Shown here piece by piece: positions 1 through 9,092 of a DNA stretch of 64,000 nucleotides. The first letter of the stretch is position 1. The number at the start of each line of letters is the position of its first letter. The notes beneath the pieces are model-generated. The model was not told the origin of the DNA and made no database searches. It worked only from the letters and a program-made list of their open reading frames with translations. Position numbers and translations under genes: made by a program. Source of the stretch: Candidatus Omnitrophota bacterium (GTDB lineage: Bacteria > Omnitrophota > Gorgyraeia > Tantalellales > Tantalellaceae). The DNA is taken from assembly GCA_014728075.1 (NCBI GenBank), contig WJMG01000008.1, positions 15,229-79,228 of the forward strand, written 5' to 3'.

Positions 1-1
1 T

Positions 2-121
2 TCGGAGGACCTGCTGGAGCTGGCCGCCGTGCACGCTTTAAAGCACGGCGGCGCGGTCCACGCGCTTGAGGCTGAGGCCATGCCGGGAGGGCACAAGATC
101 GCCGCGATATTCAGGAAGTGA
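2..121 (+). CDS. C-terminal end of a baeRF3-like (bacterial archaeo-eukaryotic release factor family) protein, truncated by window edge
   Basis: Frame 2 reads SEDLLELAAVHALKHGGAVHALEAEAMPGGHKIAAIFRK*, resembling the L7Ae-like C-terminal tail of baeRF proteins; not in the ORF track. Confidence 0.6.
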   Translation, partial: SEDLLELAAVHALKHGGAVHALEAEAMPGGHKIAAIFRK

Positions 122-136
122 CCAAAGGAGGATGAT

Positions 137-928
137 ATGCCCGAACTTCCAGATGTAGAACATTACGGTAATTACATAAAACGGACCGCCGCTCGGAAAA
201 AGATAACAGGAGCCGAGACGCGTAACGCCAAAGTGCTGGAAGGCGTATCCGGGAAAGTTTTGGCGAAAAAACTTAAGGGAAAGAAGTTCTCCCGCATTAC
301 GCGCAGGGGGAAATACCTGCTCCTGAAATTCGCGGAAGAAGAATGGCTGTACATGCATTTCGGGATGACAGGTGATGTGGCGTATTTCAAAAAGGACAAA
401 GAGGCGCCGAAGTACGCCAGGGTGCTTTTTCTTTTCGCCAACGGCTACGCCCTGGCTTTTATCAGCCAGCGTATGCTGGGCAGGATCGGCACGGCACCTT
501 CCCCCGGGGAATTCATAAAAAAGAGATCCCTGGGGCCCGACGCGCTGGATGTTTCTCCCGGGAAGTTCAAAAAAACGCTGGAAGGCAGGAAGGGGGCCCT
601 TAAATCGGCCCTGATGGACCAGGAAAAGATCGCGGGTATAGGGAATATATACGCCGACGAGATCCTGTACGCTTCCCGGCTTCACCCCAAAACCTCTCTT
701 TCGGAATTAAAAGACGGCGATATCAAAAAAATTTTCCGCAGCATGAAGAGGATACTCGAAAAGGCCGCGGAAAAGAAGGCTGACCCGGAGAAGTTCCCGC
801 GAAGCTGGTTGATACCCCAAAGAAAGAAGGGAGGCAAATGCCCCCGCTGCGGAAACCCGCTTAGGACCGTAAAGGTGAACGGCAGGACGAGTTATTTCTG
901 CCCGAAGAGCCAGAAAAGAAAAAAATGA
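137..928 (+). CDS. mutM: Fpg/Nei family DNA glycosylase/AP lyase
   Basis: N-terminal PELPDVE, RRGK, HFGMTG, H2TH motif GIGNIYADE, C-terminal zinc finger CPRC..CPKS; RBS GGAGG. Confidence 0.92.
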   Translation: MPELPDVEHYGNYIKRTAARKKITGAETRNAKVLEGVSGKVLAKKLKGKKFSRITRRGKYLLLKFAEEEWLYMHFGMTGDVAYFKKDKEAPKYARVLFLFANGYALAFISQRMLGRIGTAPSPGEFIKKRSLGPDALDVSPGKFKKTLEGRKGALKSALMDQEKIAGIGNIYADEILYASRLHPKTSLSELKDGDIKKIFRSMKRILEKAAEKKADPEKFPRSWLIPQRKKGGKCPRCGNPLRTVKVNGRTSYFCPKSQKRKK

Positions 929-1146
929 GGTACGAAACCGTTCCGGAAAAAAGAAAAATGCCCGGAAGGCCCGGGCGGGGACCCCACGGCCTCTTTTGGA
1001 GGTTCGTACTATGGGCGATCGTGCTCTGGATCGCTTTTGCCTTCTATTCCGGGAGAAAAGAAGAGAAAGGCTCCGTCTCCCCGCAGAGGGAGACGGAAAG
1101 CCGGGAACCCTCCGAGGAACGGAATGGGCCCGTGTCCGGCGATTAA
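925..1146 (+). CDS. small single-pass membrane protein, hypothetical
   Basis: ATGA overlap with Fpg stop; one hydrophobic stretch LFWRFVLWAIVLWIAFAFY. Confidence 0.55.
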   Translation: MRYETVPEKRKMPGRPGRGPHGLFWRFVLWAIVLWIAFAFYSGRKEEKGSVSPQRETESREPSEERNGPVSGD

Positions 1147-1232
1147 GGAAGAAGGATATGCCGCAGGCGGGCCATAGTATCCGGCGGGACAATCCGGGTT
1201 TTTGAACGAGTTACATGAAAAAGGAGAGTAAA

Positions 1233-2684
1233 ATGAACAACACAAAGACGAAAGCCGGTAAGTTTTTAAAAAGCCTTACCGCCGCGGCGCTTTTCTCGTT
1301 CCTCACCTCCGGGGCGCACGCCGGACCCGTGACGGACGGGCTGGAGCATTATTCCTCGGATCTCGAGAACCAGACCATTAAGATCGCCGAGACCCTCGGC
1401 AGAACGGTGGTTTCCATAAGCACCGTGGTCACCCGCCGTATCCGCCAGGATATTTTTACCAAAGACGAGATGATGCGCAGGTTCTTCGAGGAGTTTTTCG
1501 GAGAGATCCCCGAAGGTGAGGTTAAAAAAAGAGGGCTCGGAAGCGGGGTCATAATAGACGAGGACGGCTACATCCTCACCAACGAGCATGTGGTCGCCGG
1601 GGCCGATAAGATAAGTATAAAACTTTACGACGGCAGGGAATACGAGGCGGAGGTAAAGGGCACGGATGTCCGTTCGGACCTGGCCGTGATCAAGATAAAT
1701 GCCGAAAACCTCCCCACGGCCGAACTGGGGGACGCCACGGACATCAGGATAGGGCAATGGGTCATGGCCGTGGGAAATCCCCTGGGCTACGCCATAGAAG
1801 GCGCGGAGCCCACGGTTACCGTGGGGGTTATAAGCGCGCTCCGCAGGAACCTGCCGGTCAGGGGGAAAAGGGACAGGAGCTATACTAGCCTGATCCAGAC
1901 CGACGCGGCCATCAATCCGGGAAACAGCGGCGGACCCCTCGTCGATCTTAACGGCAAGGTCATAGGCATCAATGTGTCCATATTGACCACTACCGGGGGT
2001 TTTCAGGGGCTGGGTTTCGCTATTTCCGTCGAGAGGGTAAAACAGGTTATAGAAAGGCTCATGACGGGCAAAGAGATATTTTACGGATGGCTGGGCGTCA
2101 GCGTTCAGGATCCCGACAAGGACCTGCGGGAATATTTCGGCCTAGAGCGTAAAGAGGGCGTTATAATTTTACGGGTCTTCCCGGATTCGCCGGCCGAAAA
2201 AGCCGGACTTGAGGTGGGTGATGTGATCCTGCGGGTGGACGGGGAAAAGATGGAGGATTCAATAGACCTTGTCGAGAATATAAGTTCGCGTGAGCCCGGC
2301 ACGGCGGTCGAAATGACGGTAAAAAAAGACGGTGAGAAGAAGAATGTCAGGCTGATGCTCGGTAAACGCCCGGGGGACCTCGCGAAAACCGGACGGCAGA
2401 AAGCCGGGAAAAAACAGCCCGAATTCCGGGGAATGACCGTGAGCGGGATAACGCCCGCGCTTAAGAAGGACTACGGCCTCACCGAGGAAGAAGGCGTGGT
2501 CGTGACGGAGGTCGAGCCCGGCTCGCCCGCCGAGAAGGCCGGTATCAGGGAATCGGACATCATTACGCATGTGGGGAGGAAGCGTATCGCCGGAGTCGAT
2601 GATTTCAGGAAAGCCGTGAAAAGGGTCAGAGGCGCCTTTCTGATAAAGACATTGCGAGGATTCACCGTGATAAAGGAAAAGTGA
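1233..2684 (+). CDS. degP: DegP/HtrA (Do family) periplasmic serine protease with two PDZ domains
   Basis: Signal peptide, GSGVII, TNEHVV, IQTDAAINPGNSGGPL, two PDZ repeats; start placed after AGGAG. Confidence 0.93.
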   Translation: MNNTKTKAGKFLKSLTAAALFSFLTSGAHAGPVTDGLEHYSSDLENQTIKIAETLGRTVVSISTVVTRRIRQDIFTKDEMMRRFFEEFFGEIPEGEVKKRGLGSGVIIDEDGYILTNEHVVAGADKISIKLYDGREYEAEVKGTDVRSDLAVIKINAENLPTAELGDATDIRIGQWVMAVGNPLGYAIEGAEPTVTVGVISALRRNLPVRGKRDRSYTSLIQTDAAINPGNSGGPLVDLNGKVIGINVSILTTTGGFQGLGFAISVERVKQVIERLMTGKEIFYGWLGVSVQDPDKDLREYFGLERKEGVIILRVFPDSPAEKAGLEVGDVILRVDGEKMEDSIDLVENISSREPGTAVEMTVKKDGEKKNVRLMLGKRPGDLAKTGRQKAGKKQPEFRGMTVSGITPALKKDYGLTEEEGVVVTEVEPGSPAEKAGIRESDIITHVGRKRIAGVDDFRKAVKRVRGAFLIKTLRGFTVIKEK

Positions 2685-2828
2685 ACGGCGGGCTGTCCCC
2701 GGGCTGAGCGGAAAAAGGTCAATAAAAAACGGAAGCAGGCAATGGTCGTATGCACCCAGAGGAGTACAATAGAAACGAAAGCGGAATGAACTGACCAAGA
2801 GAGCAGAAAGATCCGGGAGGTGATAGCT

Positions 2829-3254
2829 ATGGGTATGACGGGACTGAAAAGCCTTGACCAGTCGCTGGTCAAGACGAAAGAATGGCTGAAGGATGTACAG
2901 CAGGAACTGCATTACGAAGACGAACAGGAGGCCTATGTGGCGGCGCGGGCCGTGCTTCACGCGCTCAGGGACAGGCTTACCGTGGAGGAAGCCGCGGACC
3001 TTGCCGCGCAGCTGCCGGTAATACTTACGGGAGTATATTACGAGAACTGGAAGCCGGCGAACAAGCCCCTCAAGATAAGGGACGAGGCCGGTTTTTTCGA
3101 ACAAGTCGCAGGGGAACTCCCGCAGAACAGGCAGTATGACAGCGGACGGATAACCAAAGGTTTCTTCAAGGCACTGCAGAAGCATATATCCGGGGGGCAG
3201 CTGGAAGAGATAAAGAACAGTTTCCCCGGAGAGATGAGGGGGATATTCGGCTAA
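2829..3254 (+). CDS. DUF2267 family protein
   Basis: RAVLHALRDRLTVEEAADLAAQLP..G.YYENW signature; GGAGG RBS. Confidence 0.85.
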   Translation: MGMTGLKSLDQSLVKTKEWLKDVQQELHYEDEQEAYVAARAVLHALRDRLTVEEAADLAAQLPVILTGVYYENWKPANKPLKIRDEAGFFEQVAGELPQNRQYDSGRITKGFFKALQKHISGGQLEEIKNSFPGEMRGIFG

Positions 3255-3333
3255 CAGGTGGAACGGAGGCGAGGGGCTTTATGAGTCCCGTATCCGTGTT
3301 TTGTGAAGTATCGGTGAAGCAAAGGGGGGCAAT

Positions 3334-3519
3334 ATGAGAGCCGGCGTTGACAGAGAGACCTGTACGGGATGCGGTTCCTGCGCGGAGACCTGTCCCGAGG
3401 TCTTCCGTATGGAAGAAGGGAGATCGAAAGTCCACGCGGACCCGGTGCCCGAAAGCGCGGAGGAGAGCTGCGAAAAGGCCGCGGATAACTGTCCGGTGGA
3501 CGCTATAAAAGTTGAATGA
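3334..3519 (+). CDS. single-cluster ferredoxin
   Basis: CTGCGSC..CP and C..AADNCPVDAI. Confidence 0.9.
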   Translation: MRAGVDRETCTGCGSCAETCPEVFRMEEGRSKVHADPVPESAEESCEKAADNCPVDAIKVE

Positions 3520-3636
3520 TACGGGCGCGGCGGGCGGCAGGGAAAGATATAGAGCACAGCCGTCTTTCCCCTCCCTTTAAGCCGCCCGCCGGGTCTGACC
3601 GGGAATATGCCCCTGAAAAATAAAAGGAGAGATATC

Positions 3637-3822
3637 ATGGCCGAGGTAAGATATGTATGCCCGGGTTCGTGCGGATGGTCCGTTTCGGAAAAGGAATACG
3701 ATAAAGGAAAGACCATATGCCAGGCCCCTGCCTGCGAGAAGCACGGCGAGCCGCTTGAAAAAAAACTTTATTGCCCGGAATGCGGGATCTATTTCGATGA
3801 GGACGCGGCGCATACCTGCTGA
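3637..3822 (+). CDS. small Cys-rich putative zinc/iron-binding protein
   Basis: AGGAG RBS; CPGSC, CQAPAC..H, CPEC, HTC in 61 aa. Confidence 0.7.
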   Translation: MAEVRYVCPGSCGWSVSEKEYDKGKTICQAPACEKHGEPLEKKLYCPECGIYFDEDAAHTC

Positions 3823-3854
3823 AACGCCGTGATCAACGAGGATGTGATGATAAG

Positions 3855-4766
3855 ATGTATGATACCGTCATAATAGGCGCGGGAATAGCCGGGGATACCG
3901 CGGCGCTGTACGCTGCACGCCGTAACATGGATTTTCTTGTTGTGGCCGAAAAGATCGGCGGCCAGTTCTCCGAATCCGGGAAAATAACCAATTACCCGGG
4001 CATAGTGGAGACGGAAGGCAACGAGTTCAAGGAGGCTTTTGACCGCCAGATGGAAGCCAACGATATCGAACCCCGCGGGGAAGAGACCGTGCGGGGGATA
4101 AAAAGGTCCGGAAAAGGATTTCATATCGTGACCGGCAAAAGTGAGTATGAAGCCAGGAGCGTTATTCTCGCCACGGGGTCGGCTCCCGGCAGGCTCAATG
4201 TGCCGGGAGAGGAAGAATTCGCCAAAAAAGGCGTTACATACTGTTCAGTCTGCGACGGACCGCTTTTTTCGGGCAAGGAAGTGGTGATAGCCGGCGGCGG
4301 AAATTCCGCCATGGAAGCGGCCGACTTCATGAAAGACATAGCGGAGAAGATAATCATTGTCAATAACAGTGAAACCCTTAACGGCCACGGCGCCTTGATA
4401 GAGAATGTCCGTTCCCTGGAAAAGGTGGAAATCCTGAACTCGGCCGAGATAAAGGAGATAAAAGGCGGCGGGTCCGTGGAGTCCGTAGTGGTCGAACACG
4501 AAGGAGGGCAAAAGGAGATCAGGGCGGAAGGCGTCATAGTGGAGATAGGAAGAAGTCCCAATACCGGCTTTCTGGAAGGGTTCGTGGACCTGGATGAAAA
4601 AGGGCACATAAAAATAGACTGCGCGGGGAGGACCTCCGTGGAAGGCGTGTTCGCGGCCGGAGACTGCGCTTCGGGCAAAGAGTTCCAGTATGTTATAGCC
4701 GCCGGCCAGGGGTGCATGGCGCTTTTGAAAGCTTCACGCTATCTTGCCGGGCAGAAGAGCGATTAG
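3855..4766 (+). CDS. thioredoxin reductase-like FAD/NAD(P)H disulfide oxidoreductase
   Basis: GAGIAG, ATGS, KGVTYCSVCDG redox motif, GGGNSA, TSVEGVFAAGD. Confidence 0.9.
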   Translation: MYDTVIIGAGIAGDTAALYAARRNMDFLVVAEKIGGQFSESGKITNYPGIVETEGNEFKEAFDRQMEANDIEPRGEETVRGIKRSGKGFHIVTGKSEYEARSVILATGSAPGRLNVPGEEEFAKKGVTYCSVCDGPLFSGKEVVIAGGGNSAMEAADFMKDIAEKIIIVNNSETLNGHGALIENVRSLEKVEILNSAEIKEIKGGGSVESVVVEHEGGQKEIRAEGVIVEIGRSPNTGFLEGFVDLDEKGHIKIDCAGRTSVEGVFAAGDCASGKEFQYVIAAGQGCMALLKASRYLAGQKSD

Positions 4767-4801
4767 AACGACGAAAGCAGGGATAAGGGCAGGGAGGAAA
4801 T

Positions 4802-5332
4802 ATGATTAAAAAAATATTATCGATATTATTCATGTTTTTCCTCGCTTCAGGGACGGTTTTCGGCGCCGCGGACGGCGCCGAAGCGGTAGCCGATCTCAGG
4901 GGGCGCGGCGGTGAACGGGTAGGGACGGTGTTCTTCTCTGAAACGGAGGCCGGAGTGAGACTGGACATCGTTATTTTCGACCTCGCTCCCGGAGAGCACG
5001 CTTTTCATATACACGAGAAAGCCGCGTGCGGGGCTCCAGACTTCAAATCCGCCGGAGGTCACTTTAACCCCGGCGGAGTAAAACACGGGTTTCTTGCCCC
5101 GGAAGGCCCGCACGCGGGAGATCTTCCGAACATCGTCGTGGGGAAGGACGGCGCCTTCCGGGGCAGCGTCGTGACCCGCCGCGTGACCCTGAAGGAAGGA
5201 GAGGGCAACTCTCTGTTCAGGGGAGAAGGCACTTCCATCGTTATACACGCGGACCCCGACGATTACATTACCGATCCCGCGGGGCGGGGAGGCAAAAGGA
5301 TAGCCTGCGGTCGTATAAGAAGAATAGAATAA
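4802..5332 (+). CDS. sodC: Cu/Zn superoxide dismutase, exported
   Basis: Signal peptide; HAFHIHE, SAGGHFNP, HAGDLPN, VIHADPDD, RIACG. Confidence 0.93.
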   Translation: MIKKILSILFMFFLASGTVFGAADGAEAVADLRGRGGERVGTVFFSETEAGVRLDIVIFDLAPGEHAFHIHEKAACGAPDFKSAGGHFNPGGVKHGFLAPEGPHAGDLPNIVVGKDGAFRGSVVTRRVTLKEGEGNSLFRGEGTSIVIHADPDDYITDPAGRGGKRIACGRIRRIE

Positions 5333-5351
5333 GATCAAAGAGGAGGATGTC

Positions 5352-5741
5352 ATGGCCGGAAAATGGAAATGTGAAAAAGACATATTATGCGGCGTTAACG
5401 AACCGAAGGACCGGGAGAACCTGGAGGACCTCGAAAAAAAGCATATGCCGCTCATCGAAGCGCCCGATAAGGTGAAAAAGGACGAGCCTTTCGAGGTCGG
5501 TATAACGGTAGGCGGTATAGACGGCGTCGACCATCCCAACGAAGCGGGCCACTTCATAGAGTGGGTGGAGCTTTATTCGGGGGATACTTTCCTGGGCAGG
5601 GCCAGCTATTCGGGAGGAGCCAGTCTGCCCCGGGCCGTTTTCAGGGTAAAACTTGACCACGCGCACGGTCCGCTTAAAGTGTGGGAGAAATGTAATCTCC
5701 ACGGCCTCTGGGAGAACACGAAAGAGATCACCGTTGAATGA
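5352..5741 (+). CDS. superoxide reductase (neelaredoxin-type, class II SORL domain)
   Basis: EKKHMP, HPNEAGHFIEW, CNLHGLWE. Confidence 0.9.
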   Translation: MAGKWKCEKDILCGVNEPKDRENLEDLEKKHMPLIEAPDKVKKDEPFEVGITVGGIDGVDHPNEAGHFIEWVELYSGDTFLGRASYSGGASLPRAVFRVKLDHAHGPLKVWEKCNLHGLWENTKEITVE

Positions 5742-5800
5742 GGGAGTCCGGGCGTACGGGCGGATTTTTGAGCGAAGCCCCGTAAGGGAAAGGAGCGATA

Positions 5801-6091
5801 ATGAAGAATGAAAGATTAAAGAAAGTGCTTGCCGGGATAGGGATAGCGGGACTTGTAACAGGCATAGCCGCCGGCGCCCACGCCGAGTCCGGCAAAAGTT
5901 CCTGCGGTAAAGGGTCCTGCGGGTCGAAAGGCGCGAAAAAGTCCCAAATGGGAAAATCCTCCTGCGGCAAAGGGTCCTGCGGCTCAAAGAAAGGAACATC
6001 TCCGACAAAAGGCATGATGAACAAAGGTCGCGGGGGAACGGAAGTTTCGCCTAAAGGGCATTCTTCCTGCGGGAGAGGTTCGTGCGGATAA
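5801..6091 (+). CDS. SbtA-like (thio/seleno-oxazole RiPP) precursor or Cys-repeat metal-binding peptide
   Basis: Leader LKKVLAGIGIAGLVTG..AHA followed by three SSCG(K/R)GSCG repeats; AAGGAG RBS. Confidence 0.65.
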   Translation: MKNERLKKVLAGIGIAGLVTGIAAGAHAESGKSSCGKGSCGSKGAKKSQMGKSSCGKGSCGSKKGTSPTKGMMNKGRGGTEVSPKGHSSCGRGSCG

Positions 6092-6144
6092 CGGGTCCGC
6101 GGTAACATCCTAATTATTCGAGGCGATCGGGATCAGGGGGAAAA

Positions 6145-6315
6145 ATGATAAAGACGCTATGTATGATGATAACGGGTCTTTCCATCTGTGCCGTGTGCGG
6201 CTGTGCCGGTTACAAAGGAAGCGTATCGGAGCGGAAAGATGTCGTTTCCCGAGTGGACGAAACGCTGGAAGAAAAACACATGGAGGACGCGGGAGCCCCG
6301 GAATACATAAAGTAA
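6145..6315 (+). CDS. small putative lipoprotein (56 aa)
   Basis: MIKTLCMMITGLSICAVCGCAGYKGSV...EYIK*; AGGGGG RBS; lipobox-like VCGC; below ORF track cutoff. Confidence 0.6.
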   Translation: MIKTLCMMITGLSICAVCGCAGYKGSVSERKDVVSRVDETLEEKHMEDAGAPEYIK

Positions 6316-6321
6316 GGAACG

Positions 6322-6597
6322 ATGGAGAAGATAAAAAGAGGGGCTGTTTTGAGATGGGCGGTTATCCTGCTTTGCCTGGGATATATCGCCTATCTTCACC
6401 TTGAGAGGACCGGCTACAGGGGCGCGCTCGCCGCGATACTTCAGGAAACCGGCCTTATAAGACAGAAAGCTTATTACCGGACCGCTCCTAAGGACCTTAA
6501 GGCCCGCGTAACCCGGATAGGGGAGATGAGTTCGGAAGTCCTTAACATCCCTTCCAATGAGAATACCCTGAGAGAAATATCGGACAAGAGCCGGTGA
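6322..6597 (+). CDS. hypothetical membrane-anchored protein
   Basis: AAGGA RBS; N-terminal hydrophobic helix. Confidence 0.6.
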   Translation: MEKIKRGAVLRWAVILLCLGYIAYLHLERTGYRGALAAILQETGLIRQKAYYRTAPKDLKARVTRIGEMSSEVLNIPSNENTLREISDKSR

Positions 6598-6608
6598 AAG
6601 GAACGGGT

Positions 6609-7349
6609 CTATCTACGGGCTTTGCTCTTCGCTTTTTTAGGGTTTTCGGTCCGTATTTTTGAAGGAGTGCAGCCCCTGTGCTTTTTGTATATACGGATAA
6701 AGGATTCGGGGTTCCGGTACCCCAGTCTGTCGGCGATCTGTTCTATGGTATATCCGGTATCGGTGAGCATTTCGTCCGCTTTCTTCAGCTTGCAGGAAAG
6801 ATAGTATTCGTTAAAATTCGCCCCGGTCTCTTCCTTATAAACCCGGCTTAAATATTTGGGGCTGAGCCCGACCCTTTTTGCCGCGTCCTCCAGGGTGACT
6901 ATCTTGTCGAAGTTCTTTTCGATGAACCTTGAGACGCGCTCGATCTTGCCTGAAAGGCCGGACCCTTCCCTTGTCTTTTTCTTCCCGGAGGATACGAGAA
7001 GCCGGTTGACCAGGGTCTTGGTCTTTTCTATATCCATGGGTTTTTCTATGTATTCGTCGGCGTGGGCCCGCAGGGCCTTAATGGCTGTTTTCTTCGAGCT
7101 GAAACCGGTGAGCATTACCACGGGAGCCCCGGGTTTGAGCTCTTTTATCCGTCCGATTATGGCGCTCCCCTTCTTGTTGTTGGGAAGTTTCTGGTCGAGC
7201 ACGATAAGGTCGATCTCGTTGGGAGAACCGAGGATCTCCAGGGCTTCTCCCGCGGTGAAGGCTTTGACGACATTGTATTCGTGGAAACAGTCGCTGAACT
7301 CCTCGCAGAATTCCTTGTCGTCATCGATCAGGAATATGGTATAGGCCAT
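6609..7349 (-). CDS. response regulator, receiver + AraC-type HTH (YesN-like)
   Basis: IDDD, LDQKLP, MLTG, KP receiver; LSPKYLSR and IADRLGY..PESFIRIYKKHRGCTP AraC motifs. Confidence 0.92.
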   Translation of the reverse strand: MAYTIFLIDDDKEFCEEFSDCFHEYNVVKAFTAGEALEILGSPNEIDLIVLDQKLPNNKKGSAIIGRIKELKPGAPVVMLTGFSSKKTAIKALRAHADEYIEKPMDIEKTKTLVNRLLVSSGKKKTREGSGLSGKIERVSRFIEKNFDKIVTLEDAAKRVGLSPKYLSRVYKEETGANFNEYYLSCKLKKADEMLTDTGYTIEQIADRLGYRNPESFIRIYKKHRGCTPSKIRTENPKKAKSKARR

Positions 7350-7482
7350 GAAGCCTCCTTTTGAGGGAACGGAAGAAAAAGGGCCTTAAGATAAAATACA
7401 TAAGGCCTGTTTATTATACCGCAAAGTGGAGAAAAATCAATTCAAATCCCCGAACGGGCCGGAAGTGTGTTAAAATAAAAGC

Positions 7483-9054
7483 ATGGTAAAAACGAAAAGA
7501 AAAGACAAAAAACACACCGGTAGCGGTCATTCCGCTCCCGGAGGTAACGCGTACCCCGGTCTTATTCTCCGGTTCGACGGGCAAGGGAGGCTCCTTTACG
7601 CCACCCGTTCGCTCGAGAGGATAACCGGCAGAAGAACGGAAGACCTCCTCGGCCGGACCCTGAAAGCCAACGGCTTCTTCTCGAGCCCGCGCCGGTGGAA
7701 GGAACTCATCGATGCTGTCCTGCGGGAAGGTGAGGAACGGTATTGTGAACTGCGTATTAACGACGGAAAAGAAGTAAAACCTTTTTTCGCGCAAGCGGTT
7801 CCCGAAAAGGACCCGGAGACCGGCAGGGCGGGAACGGTATTCGTTGCGGGCCTTTACGGGTCCCCGGAACAGCCGGAAAAAGAAGAGCTCGCTTCGAGTT
7901 TCAGGGGATTTTACCGCATCCTGGAAGAGCTCCCCATGGGCATCGTGACGATGAGCAAGAAAAAGAACCGCATAACATACGCAAACAGGAGGGCCAGAAA
8001 GCTGTACGGTGTCGAAGGAGTAGAAGGCCTGGAGATGAAAGACCATTCCGAGACATTGCGGCTTTTCAACAGTAAAGGCGAAATGTATGAGCCTGAAGAT
8101 CTGCCCCTGAGCAGATCACTTGTTAAGGGAGAAGAGGTCTCAAGGGAAGAAGTGATCATAAGGTCGCCTTCCGGAGAAAGGACGGTGATAGCGGGTTCTT
8201 CTCCCCTCTTCATGGATAACGGTGAGATCGTCGGGGCTATAGCTTCTTTTACGGAGATAACGGATATAAAGCGCGAACAAGAAGATCTTGAGAGAGAAAA
8301 AGGCGAAAAACAGACCCAGCTTGACGAAACCCATAAAAAACTGGACGAAGCCCAAAGGCTTTCCGACATAGGCACACTGGCCTCCGTGATCGCGCACGAG
8401 CTCAGGAACCCGCTCGGCGTTATCAGCACCGCCGTCTATAACTGCGAAAGAAAGAACCGCGACAATGCCCTTGAAAAGCATTTCACGAACATAAAAAAGA
8501 AGATAAAGGAAAGTGAACACATAATAAACAATCTGCTCAATTTCGCGCGGGTGAAACTGCCGGTTATTAAAAAGGTGGAAATAAAGCAGATCATTGATAG
8601 CTGTTTAGACTCTGCGGCGCAGAAATACACCAGGAAAAGCTTCAAACTTTCCCGGGACCTTTCTGAAATCAAAGGCCTTACCGTGGAGGCCGACCCTTAC
8701 CAGGTGCAGCAGGTGCTGGCCAACATGGTCAATAATGCCATAGAAGCCGTGCCGGAAGGGGAAGGCCGTGTAGAGGCCAAAGGGAGACTTTGCCGGCTGG
8801 GCCGCCGGAAAGCTTTCAGGATAGAGATAAAAGACAACGGCCCCGGGATAGAGAAGATACTTCGGGAAAAGATCTTTGAGCCGTTCTTCACGACCAAGTC
8901 AAAAGGCACCGGCCTCGGCCTTGCGGTCTGCGCACAGCTGGTCGGCCTTCACGAGGGCAGGATCGACCTTGCCTCCGCGAAAGGAAAAGGCACTACCGTC
9001 AGCGTAACCCTTCCGGTGCATGGGAAGAACGAGAGAAAGAGAAGAGAGCTGTGA
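7483..9054 (+). CDS. cytoplasmic PAS-PAS sensor histidine kinase
   Basis: Two PAS-like regions, H-box IAHELRNPL, N-box NMVNNA, DNGPG, PFFTTK, GTGLGL; no TM segment. Confidence 0.92.
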   Translation: MVKTKRKDKKHTGSGHSAPGGNAYPGLILRFDGQGRLLYATRSLERITGRRTEDLLGRTLKANGFFSSPRRWKELIDAVLREGEERYCELRINDGKEVKPFFAQAVPEKDPETGRAGTVFVAGLYGSPEQPEKEELASSFRGFYRILEELPMGIVTMSKKKNRITYANRRARKLYGVEGVEGLEMKDHSETLRLFNSKGEMYEPEDLPLSRSLVKGEEVSREEVIIRSPSGERTVIAGSSPLFMDNGEIVGAIASFTEITDIKREQEDLEREKGEKQTQLDETHKKLDEAQRLSDIGTLASVIAHELRNPLGVISTAVYNCERKNRDNALEKHFTNIKKKIKESEHIINNLLNFARVKLPVIKKVEIKQIIDSCLDSAAQKYTRKSFKLSRDLSEIKGLTVEADPYQVQQVLANMVNNAIEAVPEGEGRVEAKGRLCRLGRRKAFRIEIKDNGPGIEKILREKIFEPFFTTKSKGTGLGLAVCAQLVGLHEGRIDLASAKGKGTTVSVTLPVHGKNERKRREL

Positions 9055-9056
9055 TC

Positions 9057-9092
9057 TGTACCGGGGACGGGAACAAGGCGGTACCTGTCCCC
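9057..9092 (-). repeat. 36-bp REP-like repeat, copy 1
   Basis: Reverse complement GGGGACAGGTACCGCCTTGTTCCCGTCCCCGGTACA matches copies at 16286 and 16867. Confidence 0.85.

Noticed and set aside
3820-6091. Selenocysteine read-through in redox genes or the SbtA-like peptide
   Set aside because: All motifs are complete with Cys codons; TGA occurs only at natural ends, and the peptide ends in TAA.
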